From Tetramitus jugosus (taxonomy: Eukaryota > Protista > Heterolobosea), in assembly GCA_937625935.1 (NCBI GenBank), contig OW569346.1:623803-687802 (forward strand): 64,000 nucleotides of DNA, read 5' to 3'. A program made the position numbers and the translations under genes. The notes beneath the pieces were generated by a model. The model did no database searches, was not told where the DNA came from, and worked only from the letters and a program-made list of their open reading frames with translations. This document shows positions 24,352 through 35,489 of the stretch, piece after piece (position 1 is the first letter of the stretch; each line of letters opens with the position of its first letter).

Positions 24352-26679
24352 TTAGCTCTCAAGATCGTTGACGCTACTTGGTGTTAGTACTGTATCGGGT
24401 GTTGTGCTCGAATAGGCCGGAATATCTAGCTTCGTAATAAATGAGTCTGTCCATTCATCCAAATTTGATGGTATGGTCTTGTCCCACAATGTCATTGTTT
24501 TGTACACGCATCTCAACCATGCACCAGGGGATGCGACCTTTGCGTTGATATCCTTCAACCTCTTACGTAACTCCTTGTCAGATGTCACAAACATACAATA
24601 GTCAAGCATCTTGAGCTGCTTGTGCTGCATCGCAATCGAAACAATTTGGTCGTCGGCTGACTTAAAATCAGGAATAGCACTTGTCGAAGTAAATGATTTC
24701 TCAAAGCCAATGAGTGCAGATGTGTTGGCAGTTTTGTCGTAGCACACCTGAGTGACCAACAGATTGGATTTGTTGTGGAATTCAAGCGCAATCGCATTCA
24801 ATAAAAGCTCAGTATTGTGTCTTGTGTTTCTCTTGCATGAGTACTTGCGGAATGTGCTGCATATAAACAACATGTTATTACCATCGAGATACACATATTT
24901 GATATTTTGCGGCCAATTCTTTGTCATGTCATAATCATCCGTTTTAATCAACTCCTTCTCTAATCGTTTCTGCTCCTTTGCAATCTTCATCTCTTCCTTC
25001 TTCAACTCCTTCTCAATTCTCTTTTGTAGTTTTTGTTTCTCTTTCTCCAATTGTTCTAGTTTCTTCTGCTCCATTCTTCTTTCTTTTTCTTCCTTCTTTG
25101 CTTGTATTCTCGCTTTTTTAGCTAGCTTTTTCTTTCTGTTTCGACGGTTGGTTGAGCTCTCTGAGCTGCTCACAGACATGTCATCCATGGATAAATAATC
25201 TTCATTCTCTTCCGATTGTTTCGATTTCTTCATCGGTTCTCCAACAGTGATAGAGTTTTCGTTTCCATTATATTGTTGTTCACTACTTATCGTATTACTC
25301 TGCTTGCCTTGCTGGTTCAGAAGAGGAGGAGTGGCAACATCGCAAACCTTTGATAGATCAGCACTACTGCCACTACCAACACCGCCACCATTCATTTGAC
25401 CACTGTGAAAGCTAGAGTTTGGTGAATAATAGGGCATTCTACGGTAGTGCAAACTAGCATCAGTCATCGTACTCGTTGTTCCGCTCAAAATTGTTGAACA
25501 AGTGTGTTCGTCCGTCACAATTCCACTCTGGACATCCTCTGTCGAAATATCATAGTTTGTCGCACTTGTCATGACACTATCAGTGTCACTCGTCGTGGAG
25601 TCAGTATCAGAGGAGACACTATTGGATCGTTTATGTTGAGATTTGTTATTATTATTGATGGTAGTAGTGGAGGATGAGGCAGTGGATGATGAAGTGGATG
25701 GACTAGCTGTATCATTCAACAAACTATTGTTCTCAAACGTTTCAAATTCAGAGTATGGAGAGTGATGATCATGTCCGTGATGATGATGGTGGTGATGTGG
25801 ATGATGATGATGATTGTGATGAAAGCGATGATGAGGCGATGACAGGTAATGTGGGTGATGATGATGATGGTGCGGCGAGTGATGATTGTAATGATGACGA
25901 TTACCCGGATGATAGTGATGGTGGGGATGTGGGTGACCATGGTACTGTGGGTGATGAGAATGAACATTATTTTGTTGTTGTTGTTGTTGTTCAATGACTG
26001 ATGATGATGGTGGTGGTGGTAGTGGTGGTGATGAGATTGTTGTTAATGGAGAGGAAACGACGGGAGAGGATGGTGATGATTTCTGTCCAGTCACCGCACC
26101 ACTAATTGGAGAGGACGAAGAAGAAGGAGCAGTCGTAACAGAAGTTGTTATTGTTGATGATGGCGAAGGTCCATTTGACAGAAGAGTTGCTGTCGTAGTC
26201 GTAGTAGCAGCGGCAGCAGCAGTACTACTTGAAGAGGATGATTTGTTCACTGATCGATCAGAGATTGTGAGTCTGAGTAGTGGATAGGAGATGGCTGGTG
26301 AAGACAATGAAGAAGATGATGTCGATGAGGATGATGAGGATGAAGATGGTGAGAGTGATGATTGTCGATTGTTCATTCGCTGTTGAACTTGAATGGCCAT
26401 CAACAATTCTTCTTCACTGCTGACCGTAATAAAATCACCTTCATCGTCTTCATATTCTATTCTGAATGGTTCTTGTTGTTGCTGTTGTTGTTGTTGTTGT
26501 TGTTGTGAGTGACGGTTTGCTGGAGATGATGCGAAATTAAACAAGATTTCAATTTGGTGCTTCAAGTTTTGATAAATGATATCCGTTTCGACTTTGACAA
26601 GGAAGCGACGTCGAGTGGATCCATACACAGCCTTGACCTCGATATGAGAATAGGGTACAATCATCGTATATTGATGCAT
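24352..26679 (-). CDS. PB1 domain + low-complexity linker + NYN/PIN (YacP/Rae1-like) ribonuclease domain protein
   Basis: PB1 (IEVKAVYGSTRRRF...IEYEDDEGDFITVSSEEELLMA, OPCA motif); C-terminal NYN acidic motifs YLDGNNM, VCYD, SADDQI, FVTSDKEL. Confidence 0.75.
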   Translation of the reverse strand: MHQYTMIVPYSHIEVKAVYGSTRRRFLVKVETDIIYQNLKHQIEILFNFASSPANRHSQQQQQQQQQQQEPFRIEYEDDEGDFITVSSEEELLMAIQVQQRMNNRQSSLSPSSSSSSSSTSSSSLSSPAISYPLLRLTISDRSVNKSSSSSSTAAAAATTTTTATLLSNGPSPSSTITTSVTTAPSSSSSPISGAVTGQKSSPSSPVVSSPLTTISSPPLPPPPSSSVIEQQQQQQNNVHSHHPQYHGHPHPHHHYHPGNRHHYNHHSPHHHHHHPHYLSSPHHRFHHNHHHHPHHHHHHHGHDHHSPYSEFETFENNSLLNDTASPSTSSSTASSSTTTINNNNKSQHKRSNSVSSDTDSTTSDTDSVMTSATNYDISTEDVQSGIVTDEHTCSTILSGTTSTMTDASLHYRRMPYYSPNSSFHSGQMNGGGVGSGSSADLSKVCDVATPPLLNQQGKQSNTISSEQQYNGNENSITVGEPMKKSKQSEENEDYLSMDDMSVSSSESSTNRRNRKKKLAKKARIQAKKEEKERRMEQKKLEQLEKEKQKLQKRIEKELKKEEMKIAKEQKRLEKELIKTDDYDMTKNWPQNIKYVYLDGNNMLFICSTFRKYSCKRNTRHNTELLLNAIALEFHNKSNLLVTQVCYDKTANTSALIGFEKSFTSTSAIPDFKSADDQIVSIAMQHKQLKMLDYCMFVTSDKELRKRLKDINAKVASPGAWLRCVYKTMTLWDKTIPSNLDEWTDSFITKLDIPAYSSTTPDTVLTPSSVNDLES

Positions 26680-27067
26680 TTCGGTCTTGTGCTGTTTCTT
26701 GTCCTTTGTGTTTTTCTTTGCGCCTCTATTTTTCTTGTTCTGGTCCGGCCAAGCGGCCAGTATGGGTATTCCTGCAACTCCGCCACTCTTTTTAGATTGG
26801 CAGGAGAAACTCTTGCGGAGTAAAGTATCCCGGGACACACGAAAAAAGCGACTGTATTTCCAACAAAACACAAATAACGACGAGGTGCCTTGCGTGACCG
26901 AAGAGAAGAAGAATCACCATTCGCCTAATGACCTTTTGACAACAACTCAATCATCATTTTTCACAACAACAAATCATCATCTTTTACAAATAATCCTATC
27001 TATCTATTGATAAATTTGATCCATCATTTCCTCCTCCTAGAAACTAAAATCATTGGAGATAAATAGA

Positions 27068-30000
27068 ATGGACTCTCAACACTCGGGTCACTTATCCGAA
27101 CTCATTGTTTGTTACAATGAACTGTTGAAGGAGCAAGGTTTGTTTGATAGGTCTCAAAATGCGAATCATCTGCGTCGATCATTATCATTGGCCATCTATC
27201 TGGTTCAGAGGAGTGATTTTTCTAATGCGAGAACAGCTTTTGTGAAATCTGCAGAGTTGGTTGATTCATTATGCTCTGAATTAACATCTCTTACGATTAC
27301 AGTGAACAACAACAGCAGTAGTAGCAGTAGTAATAGTAATAATGTTAATAGTAGTGGTAGTAGTGGTGGTGGTGGTGTCACTATTGTGCCTGCACAAGCC
27401 AAGAGATTGAAGGTTGAAGTTTTGCGATTGTACGAGAGAACTTTGATCGTTATTGAAGATATAAACACTATTTTGCAACAGTCCAATCAAGAAGTCAGTC
27501 TCATGACAAATGATAAATCAAAATCAAAGTGGCATAACATTGCACGAGAAACACTAGAGAAGCGAAGCAGCGTTATGAGTCCTAATCCACAACCATCAAC
27601 AGCTGTCGTTGATTCCTCTTCTACTGTTACAGATTCTATTCATACTATGAATGGACGAGAAACCACGGTGCATCAGCAAGCATACGATAGTCATTCGTTG
27701 AATCGTGTGAAGCCTGTTTCGCAATCACCAGAGGTCGCTACTAATTCAAATAATGCAATTCCAAGCGTTGCGTCGAGTCACTACCCGGTTGTGAGTCAAA
27801 CTCCTTCCCTGTCATCAGTACAGACGACAGGGAATAAATCAAGACTCAAGAGGTTTATTCATCGAGTGAAATCTGGTGTTAAGCATCCTCATCAAGTGCC
27901 ACAACAATCCAATCCTCTGTCTGTCTCTGGAACTATACAACAGCAGACCACTTCGAAGAATGATGTTCAAAATTTACAGCAGAGACTAGCTTCTATCATG
28001 TCGAATGGTTGCAGTTCGTCACAAACAACTGACGCATCTCAAAAGTCTTCCATATTGAATGTACAGAATTTGGGAAAGTTAACACTGTTGGATTTGAACG
28101 AAAAATTGGTCGCTATACGAGGCTCAAACTCTTCTGTATTGACGGCATTGTCAGTGCTGTATCAGAAGGCATCATTACAAGATGCTGAGAATATTCACAA
28201 ACAAATGGAAGAGTTCAAAAACAAAAAAGTTGGTGTTAGTGGAAAAGAGGCGGATTCATTCAATAGAATAGAGTGCGAGATATATTATCAATTGCGAAGA
28301 ATCGTGTATGAGTTGAACTGTTCAGAAATTGGTCCTGAATCTTCAAAGGTGACAAAAAGTGATTCATATGCCAGTGACTCAAGCCCAATACTTGTACAGT
28401 ATGCTCAATCACTCAATATTGACGAATTGACGCGTCACGTACTCTACTTTAAATTCTTGGCAGACAAATTTGAACACACGTACTATCATCTCTCTAGTTC
28501 CTTAGATACACTGAAAGTGATTTTGTCTCTAATTCAAAATCAGAAAATTGTTCGACGTGATAGTTCAATATTTGGAATAGTGGAATCTGTTGGAGAAGCG
28601 TTTATCGCAAAGTGTCGCAAAAAAATAATTGATTTGAGTTTCTTTTTTGGGCAACTTAGTTTCTCCACATCGACCAACGATTATAGTGAAGATAGAGGTT
28701 TAGATTGTTTAGATATATTATTACAATGTGTGAATATTGTACTTACAGTTAAGGAGAGTATTGGTTGTCCTTCATCGATGACGTTGCCTCAGTTGTTATC
28801 AAACTGGGTTGAAATGTCGATCGAAAAATTATTTAGGATCAATAATGAAGAAACATATAATTTATTGACTGAGAAAAATCAACAGAAGGGTATCGTCTTC
28901 GATGGCACTATCATTCTATACCAATGTGAATTTGTAATAGCTGGATCGACGAATCTGCATACGAGGTTTAATTCTCTCCTTTCGAAACATTTGGATACTT
29001 CATTCATACAACTGGTTTGCAAATCATTGCATGACAGTTTAACGAAGCAGATCGAAAAATTTGTTTCGCAAGTGGATCGTCATCAAATTGCTGAGATGAA
29101 GGATAAATTGAAAGGATCACAGGCGAAAGCAATTGATTTTAAGATTCCGCTTGCACTATTCCAACGCATGTGTCAGTCAATCAACAAAGCGTTCAGCCAT
29201 TTTATTCTATATCACCAGGATCTGGATTCATATCCCTTGCACAGTCGTTTCTACCCTATCATACAGCGTTGTATCGCGTATCAAACTTCGGGTCGTTTGC
29301 AAAACATGTGTTGGAGGGCAATAGAAAATGATATGATGACTCAGCCGTATGAACCATCCGTATTATATACGAAATCATGTGTCGAAGTTGTAAATGGTTG
29401 CTTTGAGTTGCTTGGTATAGTTGCTGACATTGAGAGTCTGGTTCATGACCGTAATCAGCTGAATAGGAGTCTTTTATCAGACTACTTTAGTGTGGTACAT
29501 TCAATAATATCAATATTTCTCAATCACACATCGACGCAATTTAGGAACATTTTGATGAGTCCTAATGAAGAAAATAGCCTAATACGAACCATGAATGACA
29601 AAATTCGAGCTGCGTGCTCATATTTTAACAATATTAATGGAATCTTCACATTGTGCAAGTCACGTCTGACTAAGTTTAACAATACGACATTTATGCAAAT
29701 TTATATGAAAAAACGATCAAGCCAAGATTCAATAGATGAAGATTTTGAGGATGACACCTTATTAGATTCATTTGATAATGCTCCAGTCGATGTTTTTGAT
29801 TTGGGTGGAGTTCAATCGTTGATGACGGAACTACAGACAACATCTAATTCCATTGCCTTATTTTTCGCTCAATTTATTTTTGTGAACAACGAGAAGAAAC
29901 TGCATGCCTTATTCAAGCATTTTGATGATAATGTGTTGCAGGATCTCCTCATGTCTCTTGACAGATTTTTTATGGTTACTTCTGAATTCTTGTACATTGA

Positions 30001-30650
30001 ACAACTACACGAGGTACTCAAGCATTTATATGTAATTTATATACAGGTATGTGGCAGTTGACTCGTGTTCAACCATTGTCAGACAACTAACAGCATTATT
30101 GCTTTAGAAATTACTTGACTGGGTTTTAGCTCCAAGAAACTCGTCCACTCTCTCTGCTTCACTCCATGCTTTTATTAGAGGAAACTCGAGCGAAGATGTC
30201 CGCTGTAAGGTATCCTCGCAATGCTTAAAACCGTTGCAGGAGTTATTCTATGCCAATGGAGAGGGCTTAGCCGAATCATTTCTATCTCAGCACAGTCGAC
30301 CACTTCAAATAGTCATCAGTATCTTTAATGACGATACTGCGGTCTTAATTGAGCTCTATACGAAGCTAACGACTTTGGAGCCTCTCTTAGCTACTGTCGG
30401 TGCTATGGATACAATCCACTCCTCGACTGATACTGCAAGTGATTCAATCTCTGTTGCCAGTAGCGATTCGTCTTCCAGTAGTTTGTCCTCGATTGTATTA
30501 ATGCAGATGATTCAGCAACAAATATCGAATCAACAACTCTCACTCAACGAATTGATAAAACCGGACTATATATTGGTGCTTTTAGGGAACAGAAGAAGTG
30601 ACAAGGAGGCGAGAAGCTTTGTCAAATCTGTCGTCAAACACAAGAGGTAG
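27068..30650 (+). CDS. Munc13-homology (MUN/CATCHR, DUF810-like) helical protein with MIT-like N-terminus
   Basis: ATG 27068; intron 30047-30107; MHD1-like CWRAIEND...YTKSCVEV and MHD2-like ELFYANGEGL...TAVLIELY...LVLLGNRRSDKEARSFVK. Confidence 0.6.
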
Positions 30651-30694
30651 ATTCGAAATGTGATTGAGTTGTAGACGATATTGATTTACGGCTT

Positions 30695-31342
30695 CTAGGG
30701 AGAAAATAGTGGGCTATGCTTTTTGGGAGGTGCAGGATCGTAGCCTGAAGTGCTATTAGGAGAGTTTTGAGTTATTGGGCATTGCCGCAGTTCAGACAGT
30801 TTCTGCAAGGACTCAATCAACTCTTGCACAGCCGCATCCTTCGTAGATTTGATGGGAGTGATTGAGATTTCGCTGTGGACTGTCGGTTTATGCCTTCTTT
30901 TTTCCAAGTGGTACAATTTCTCATTGATGTGCTCCATTTCGTCCTGCTGATCATCTTGATACACCTCTATCCGTCGTTCCATTTGTTTCGGATAGAGCGA
31001 AGAATGGAGCACATCAGAATTTTTGCACTTTGTCTTATGGAAGGAGTGCAAGCTGAAACAACCAGGCTTTAATGAGTTTTGATTATCTGGCAATAAACGA
31101 CCTGTGTATTGTACACCATTGGTAGGGCTTCTCTTTCTCGAGTTTCTGATGTGATACCGGTTGTGATTCGAGTCGTGTGTCCATGAAGAAATGTCCATGT
31201 TGTTTTCCTTGTCGATTATTGATGAAGGAAAGTTGTTCATCTCGTTGCTACAACTTGATGGTTCTCTCAGAGATGATCCACGAGTTTTGTTGATTTGTTT
31301 TCCTCTTCTATTCTCATTCATATCCATCTCGCAAGGTTGCAT
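30695..31342 (-). CDS. Hypothetical protein
   Basis: ~215-aa open frame from MQPCEMD, divergent from VMP1; no recognisable domain. Confidence 0.45.
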   Translation of the reverse strand: MQPCEMDMNENRRGKQINKTRGSSLREPSSCSNEMNNFPSSIIDKENNMDISSWTHDSNHNRYHIRNSRKRSPTNGVQYTGRLLPDNQNSLKPGCFSLHSFHKTKCKNSDVLHSSLYPKQMERRIEVYQDDQQDEMEHINEKLYHLEKRRHKPTVHSEISITPIKSTKDAAVQELIESLQKLSELRQCPITQNSPNSTSGYDPAPPKKHSPLFSP

Positions 31343-31442
31343 GTTCTTCTTGTAGAAACGTGATCCGAAGAAAAAAATAGCGCGAAAACAAAAAAAGAAG
31401 AACCGAAAAAGAAAGAGTTGTTTGTTTGAGCTCACAAAAGCC

Positions 31443-33122
31443 ATGACTTCCAACTCTCATACTGCACTCATCACGCCTATAAAAACAACTCAAGAAAGTA
31501 ATGTCCTGCACCACAATCACTCGTCGTCACAATCACCATCATCTACATCATCATCATGGCTGCCCAACAACAACAACAACAATAACAACAACAACATCCA
31601 AAAGGATCAATCACAAAAACTGATCCTTCTCACTCCTGTAAACAAATCCAAACTAAAAAGGCAATTGTCCCAGTTTCGAGATCATTTGACACTCCAGAGG
31701 CATAAGCTCACTCTATTCTCACAACCCATCTCAACCATGTCCTACTTTGCTCAAGAGTGTAGAATTCAATTGATTCGTCTCATTCAATTCTGTCTCGTGC
31801 GTCACTTGTTGTGGACAGTTCTGTCCTTGTCATTGGTTTCACTTGTTGTTTCACTGAGGTACATTCGAGGTGCTCATCAAGCACTATTCATCTCGTATTG
31901 GAATTCAGGTTATGTTGCACTCGAGTGGATCGTGTTGGGTGTGTTGAGCTCTGTTGGACTGGGCACTGGACTGCACACGTTTCTATTGTACTTGGGCCCA
32001 TTTATTGCCAAGGTAACAATGGCTGCCAATGAATGCGGAGGTGTGAATTTTGATCTGTATGGATCGAGTGCCTTCCTTTGTAACAATCACCAGACAGAGA
32101 CTACTGTGTCATTGTCGAGTCAATTTGCTCCCTCATTCTGGACCATTGTTCAAAAAGTTCAGTTTGCTGCTCTCTGCTGGGGATTAGGCACAGCGATCGG
32201 TGAATTACCGCCTTATTTTGTTGCTCGTGCAGCCCGGTTGGCTGGAAAGATGCAGGAGAGTGTAGAAGACGAGGATTTCGATTCAGATATCGATAATGAT
32301 GAAGAGGACAGTAGAGAGAGAACGGTGGAGGAGGACTCAACGGGTGATTTGACACCCTTGACACCACCTGCATCACCATTATTCGATACAGGTGCACCTC
32401 GAAAACTAAGCTTTGTGATGGACCAAACAATTACGAACAGAAAACATCAGCAATCGAATTCTGGCCAATCAAAAAAACGGAGCAAGGAACCACAAGATGT
32501 CGTGCATCCACACGTTGGGGAATGCTCAAAGGAAAATCAAAGTTTGCGATCTCGATTCTCGCCGAGTGCCATTGTTCAGTCAATGACCCTGAAGATCAAA
32601 CCCTATTTAACATATCTGATTCAGCACTATGCATTTGTGGCTATACTAATATTATCTTCGATCCCTAATCCACTCTTTGATCTCGCGGGTATTACATGTG
32701 GTTATTCATTGATTCCGTTTTGGACCTTTTTCGGTGCAACGATATTGGGGAAGGCTGTATTGAAAGCTCACTTGCAATCATTTCTGGTTGTTGTTGTTTT
32801 TAGCAAAAAGACGTTAGAATGGATCATCAATGAGGTGGACTATCATCTACCACAAAAGTTACAGGGCAAAATGTCCCAATTTTTTGAGAATGAGCGAAAG
32901 CGATTCCACCCCGAACACTCTTCCACCTCGAATCAGTCGCAAACATCTGTGTTCAAACTTTTGTGGGATATTCTATTGTGCAGTATGATTGCTTATTTCG
33001 TTGTCTCGATTATTAACTCGACAGCACAAACCCGAGTTATGCAAGAGCACAAAAAGGAGATGAAAGATTTCAAAGAAAAGACAAAGAGTGCGATCATCCA
33101 AGATCAGAATTCGAAAACGTAA
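31443..33122 (+). CDS. VMP1: Vacuole membrane protein 1 (DedA/VTT family scramblase)
   Basis: Signature motifs LGVLSSVGLGTGLHTFLLYLGP, GTAIGELPPYFVARAA, SIPNPLFDLAGITCG. Confidence 0.95.
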   Translation: MTSNSHTALITPIKTTQESNVLHHNHSSSQSPSSTSSSWLPNNNNNNNNNNIQKDQSQKLILLTPVNKSKLKRQLSQFRDHLTLQRHKLTLFSQPISTMSYFAQECRIQLIRLIQFCLVRHLLWTVLSLSLVSLVVSLRYIRGAHQALFISYWNSGYVALEWIVLGVLSSVGLGTGLHTFLLYLGPFIAKVTMAANECGGVNFDLYGSSAFLCNNHQTETTVSLSSQFAPSFWTIVQKVQFAALCWGLGTAIGELPPYFVARAARLAGKMQESVEDEDFDSDIDNDEEDSRERTVEEDSTGDLTPLTPPASPLFDTGAPRKLSFVMDQTITNRKHQQSNSGQSKKRSKEPQDVVHPHVGECSKENQSLRSRFSPSAIVQSMTLKIKPYLTYLIQHYAFVAILILSSIPNPLFDLAGITCGYSLIPFWTFFGATILGKAVLKAHLQSFLVVVVFSKKTLEWIINEVDYHLPQKLQGKMSQFFENERKRFHPEHSSTSNQSQTSVFKLLWDILLCSMIAYFVVSIINSTAQTRVMQEHKKEMKDFKEKTKSAIIQDQNSKT

Positions 33123-33201
33123 AACTCTTCATGCTGACTACGCATTGGATAAATAAAGGAAAACACCAGTTGTATTCATTTTTCGAAGACAAAACACGAG
33201 T

Positions 33202-35418
33202 TTAGAGTTGAGGCAGTCTTTCACCAGAGAGAGCCTTTTTCACTAGGCGCATCGATAGATGTCGTCGGAGCAACAGAGTGCAATGCTTCTGCAGTGTACG
33301 GAGTACGGCTTTCATCCAGTATGCACTCGATCTCTTTCCATTGACTTGAAAGGTAAGTGTTGTGGTTGATTCCTCACTGGCTCGTGAATCGATAAACTCG
33401 AGTGAAACAACTTCCATGGTGGTTAACTTGCATATTTTTTGCAAGTACACTCTGTAGAATATTTCGAACCAGGGCATCAACAAGAACACTAACTGACATG
33501 CGTGCAGTGATAGATAAATAATGTTGACACCAACCTTGATCAATGTTAAACTGAAATAAAACACAGCCAGCGTGGGGAATAGTAACGCTAATGTAATAAA
33601 TAATAGAGATCCGAGAATAACCTGATCGATTGAAATTCCTCCCGCTTTCACGATGTCTTCAGAGTTCTGCTTCGTTGTTGTTGTGTAGATTGAGAAAGAA
33701 TCGATTCTGTTGTTACGCAACACGTTTCTTTTCTGTCCTCTAAACAGTCGCCAAAGAGCAATCAAAATACCTAATTGAATTTGATAAATTCGAGCACTCA
33801 TCAGATAAAATAAATTGATATGCAACGAAATGAATCTCAGTAAATCACATAGTACGCTGCATATAAAACTGAGGCCACACAATATCACAAGAGCACATCC
33901 CATATTCCTTATATACAATGCAACGACAGAAGGAGTGATAATAGAGAGAGCAGCAGATGTGATTGAATATAAAAGCGAGCAAACATCGCTCCACCAATCG
34001 AAACCTGCTAACAACATATGGGCTAGAGTACGATCAAGTTGCAAATTTAACTTAATACCGAGAGGACTTGCCGTGGAATTTCCACTCTCCATCAACCAAA
34101 CAATCCATGAACTAATATGTAAATTAACAGTTGTGCACCATCTGACTAACATGTCCAATGAAAGATACTTTCCCCAAATCACCAACAGAAGAGCAGCCAA
34201 AGCAGAATCGATGAGCACACTTGTAAAAAGGGAGAATATTTTCCTACTGTTGTGATGCTTCGATTGTTTCGTGTGTTGCTGAATTCTGTACCAGATGTGC
34301 GCTTTGATACGACTAGAAGGCCAAATGTAACGGAAGAGAGGATGAGACCACACTGTGAATGAGCCATTGTGTATCTTATTTGATTCTTCATTTTCATTTG
34401 TTATGTCCGAGGTATTATCACGTATTCTGAGTCGATGAAGCAGCCTCAGCGCTCCCATACGATTGGATGATGGCACAGAATCAATTTTTTTAGCGATTCT
34501 ATTCACCGGTTTCATCATCATGTCATGCATCAGTGATCTGTTATGTTGTTCCTCTGGTATTTCCTCGTCCACCAACACTGGTTTTGTCTCATTATTCTTC
34601 TGCGAATTGAAAGAAAAGATTTGGAATATGCGAGATAGAATGACAAATAACAGTTGGTGAACGACCAGAATATAGTACAATACACATCGCAGGTACTTAT
34701 GAAAAGTATTGTTCACTCCACCTTGGCGAGGACTACCCAAACTACTTTTGGTGCTACAGTACAGGGCATGAGCAATTTTCATCGATTGGAGTAAATGAGG
34801 CGACAGAGAAGGCTTCTCTCGATACACGTCGTTCAAAAAGTAATCTAGTGACTCTGTTTCGTACTCAATAAACTTTGATTCATAGTAAAAGATGTGCACT
34901 GAGGTAGAGCACTCTTTTGTAGCATTGTCGATTATTGCTCTACTACTATTCAATGAACAGTCAAATACGTGGGGATTCTCTGAACATGGCTTTAAGTTTA
35001 TCCACGGTGATGATGATGACGACGCATTATCATTGTTACTATTGATATTTTTCGTGCGATTGTTATTTTTCTTGTTGTTGCTGCTGTGGTTCGTTTGTTG
35101 TGATGATGATGGAGTCGTGTGATCATGCACGGCACTATTACATATCCAATTGGCAACATGCTTCAAATGATACATGGATGAAAAATTCCAGTTTGTGATC
35201 GTGTTGTTCAAATCCGTGGTCGTCATCGTATTAGTGTTAGAAGCACCCCTTAACATTCCAGGAGTGAATAACAATAGAATGGCATGTTCTTCTCGTAGCT
35301 GTACACCAAAAACTTCCTCTGACTCATGATGAGTCGAGAGGTACTGGCGTAGAAAGTGAGGTATGTACACCAGCAATCTGCGCTTGATGCTCGCCTCTGT
35401 TGTGATTTGATCATTCAT
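33202..35418 (-). CDS. PIGQ: GPI-GlcNAc transferase subunit PIG-Q/Gpi1
   Basis: PLGIKLNLQL, LWRLFRGQKRNVLRNNRIDS, DQVILGSLLFITL..LFPTLAVFY are Gpi1-family motifs. Confidence 0.9.
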   Translation of the reverse strand: MNDQITTEASIKRRLLVYIPHFLRQYLSTHHESEEVFGVQLREEHAILLLFTPGMLRGASNTNTMTTTDLNNTITNWNFSSMYHLKHVANWICNSAVHDHTTPSSSQQTNHSSNNKKNNNRTKNINSNNDNASSSSSPWINLKPCSENPHVFDCSLNSSRAIIDNATKECSTSVHIFYYESKFIEYETESLDYFLNDVYREKPSLSPHLLQSMKIAHALYCSTKSSLGSPRQGGVNNTFHKYLRCVLYYILVVHQLLFVILSRIFQIFSFNSQKNNETKPVLVDEEIPEEQHNRSLMHDMMMKPVNRIAKKIDSVPSSNRMGALRLLHRLRIRDNTSDITNENEESNKIHNGSFTVWSHPLFRYIWPSSRIKAHIWYRIQQHTKQSKHHNSRKIFSLFTSVLIDSALAALLLVIWGKYLSLDMLVRWCTTVNLHISSWIVWLMESGNSTASPLGIKLNLQLDRTLAHMLLAGFDWWSDVCSLLYSITSAALSIITPSVVALYIRNMGCALVILCGLSFICSVLCDLLRFISLHINLFYLMSARIYQIQLGILIALWRLFRGQKRNVLRNNRIDSFSIYTTTTKQNSEDIVKAGGISIDQVILGSLLFITLALLFPTLAVFYFSLTLIKVGVNIIYLSLHACQLVFLLMPWFEIFYRVYLQKICKLTTMEVVSLEFIDSRASEESTTTLTFQVNGKRSSAYWMKAVLRTLQKHCTLLLRRHLSMRLVKKALSGERLPQL

Positions 35419-35489
35419 CGTTGTTTTGTTGGTTTTCCAAATTTATTTTTGGTATCTCTCAAAGGGGAAAATGAGAACAAAATACAACG

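Noticed and set aside
25716-26287. D/G/V-rich alternative ORFs and CAT/CAA tracts
   Set aside because: Shadow frames of the His/Ser/Gln low-complexity linker of the PB1-NYN gene.
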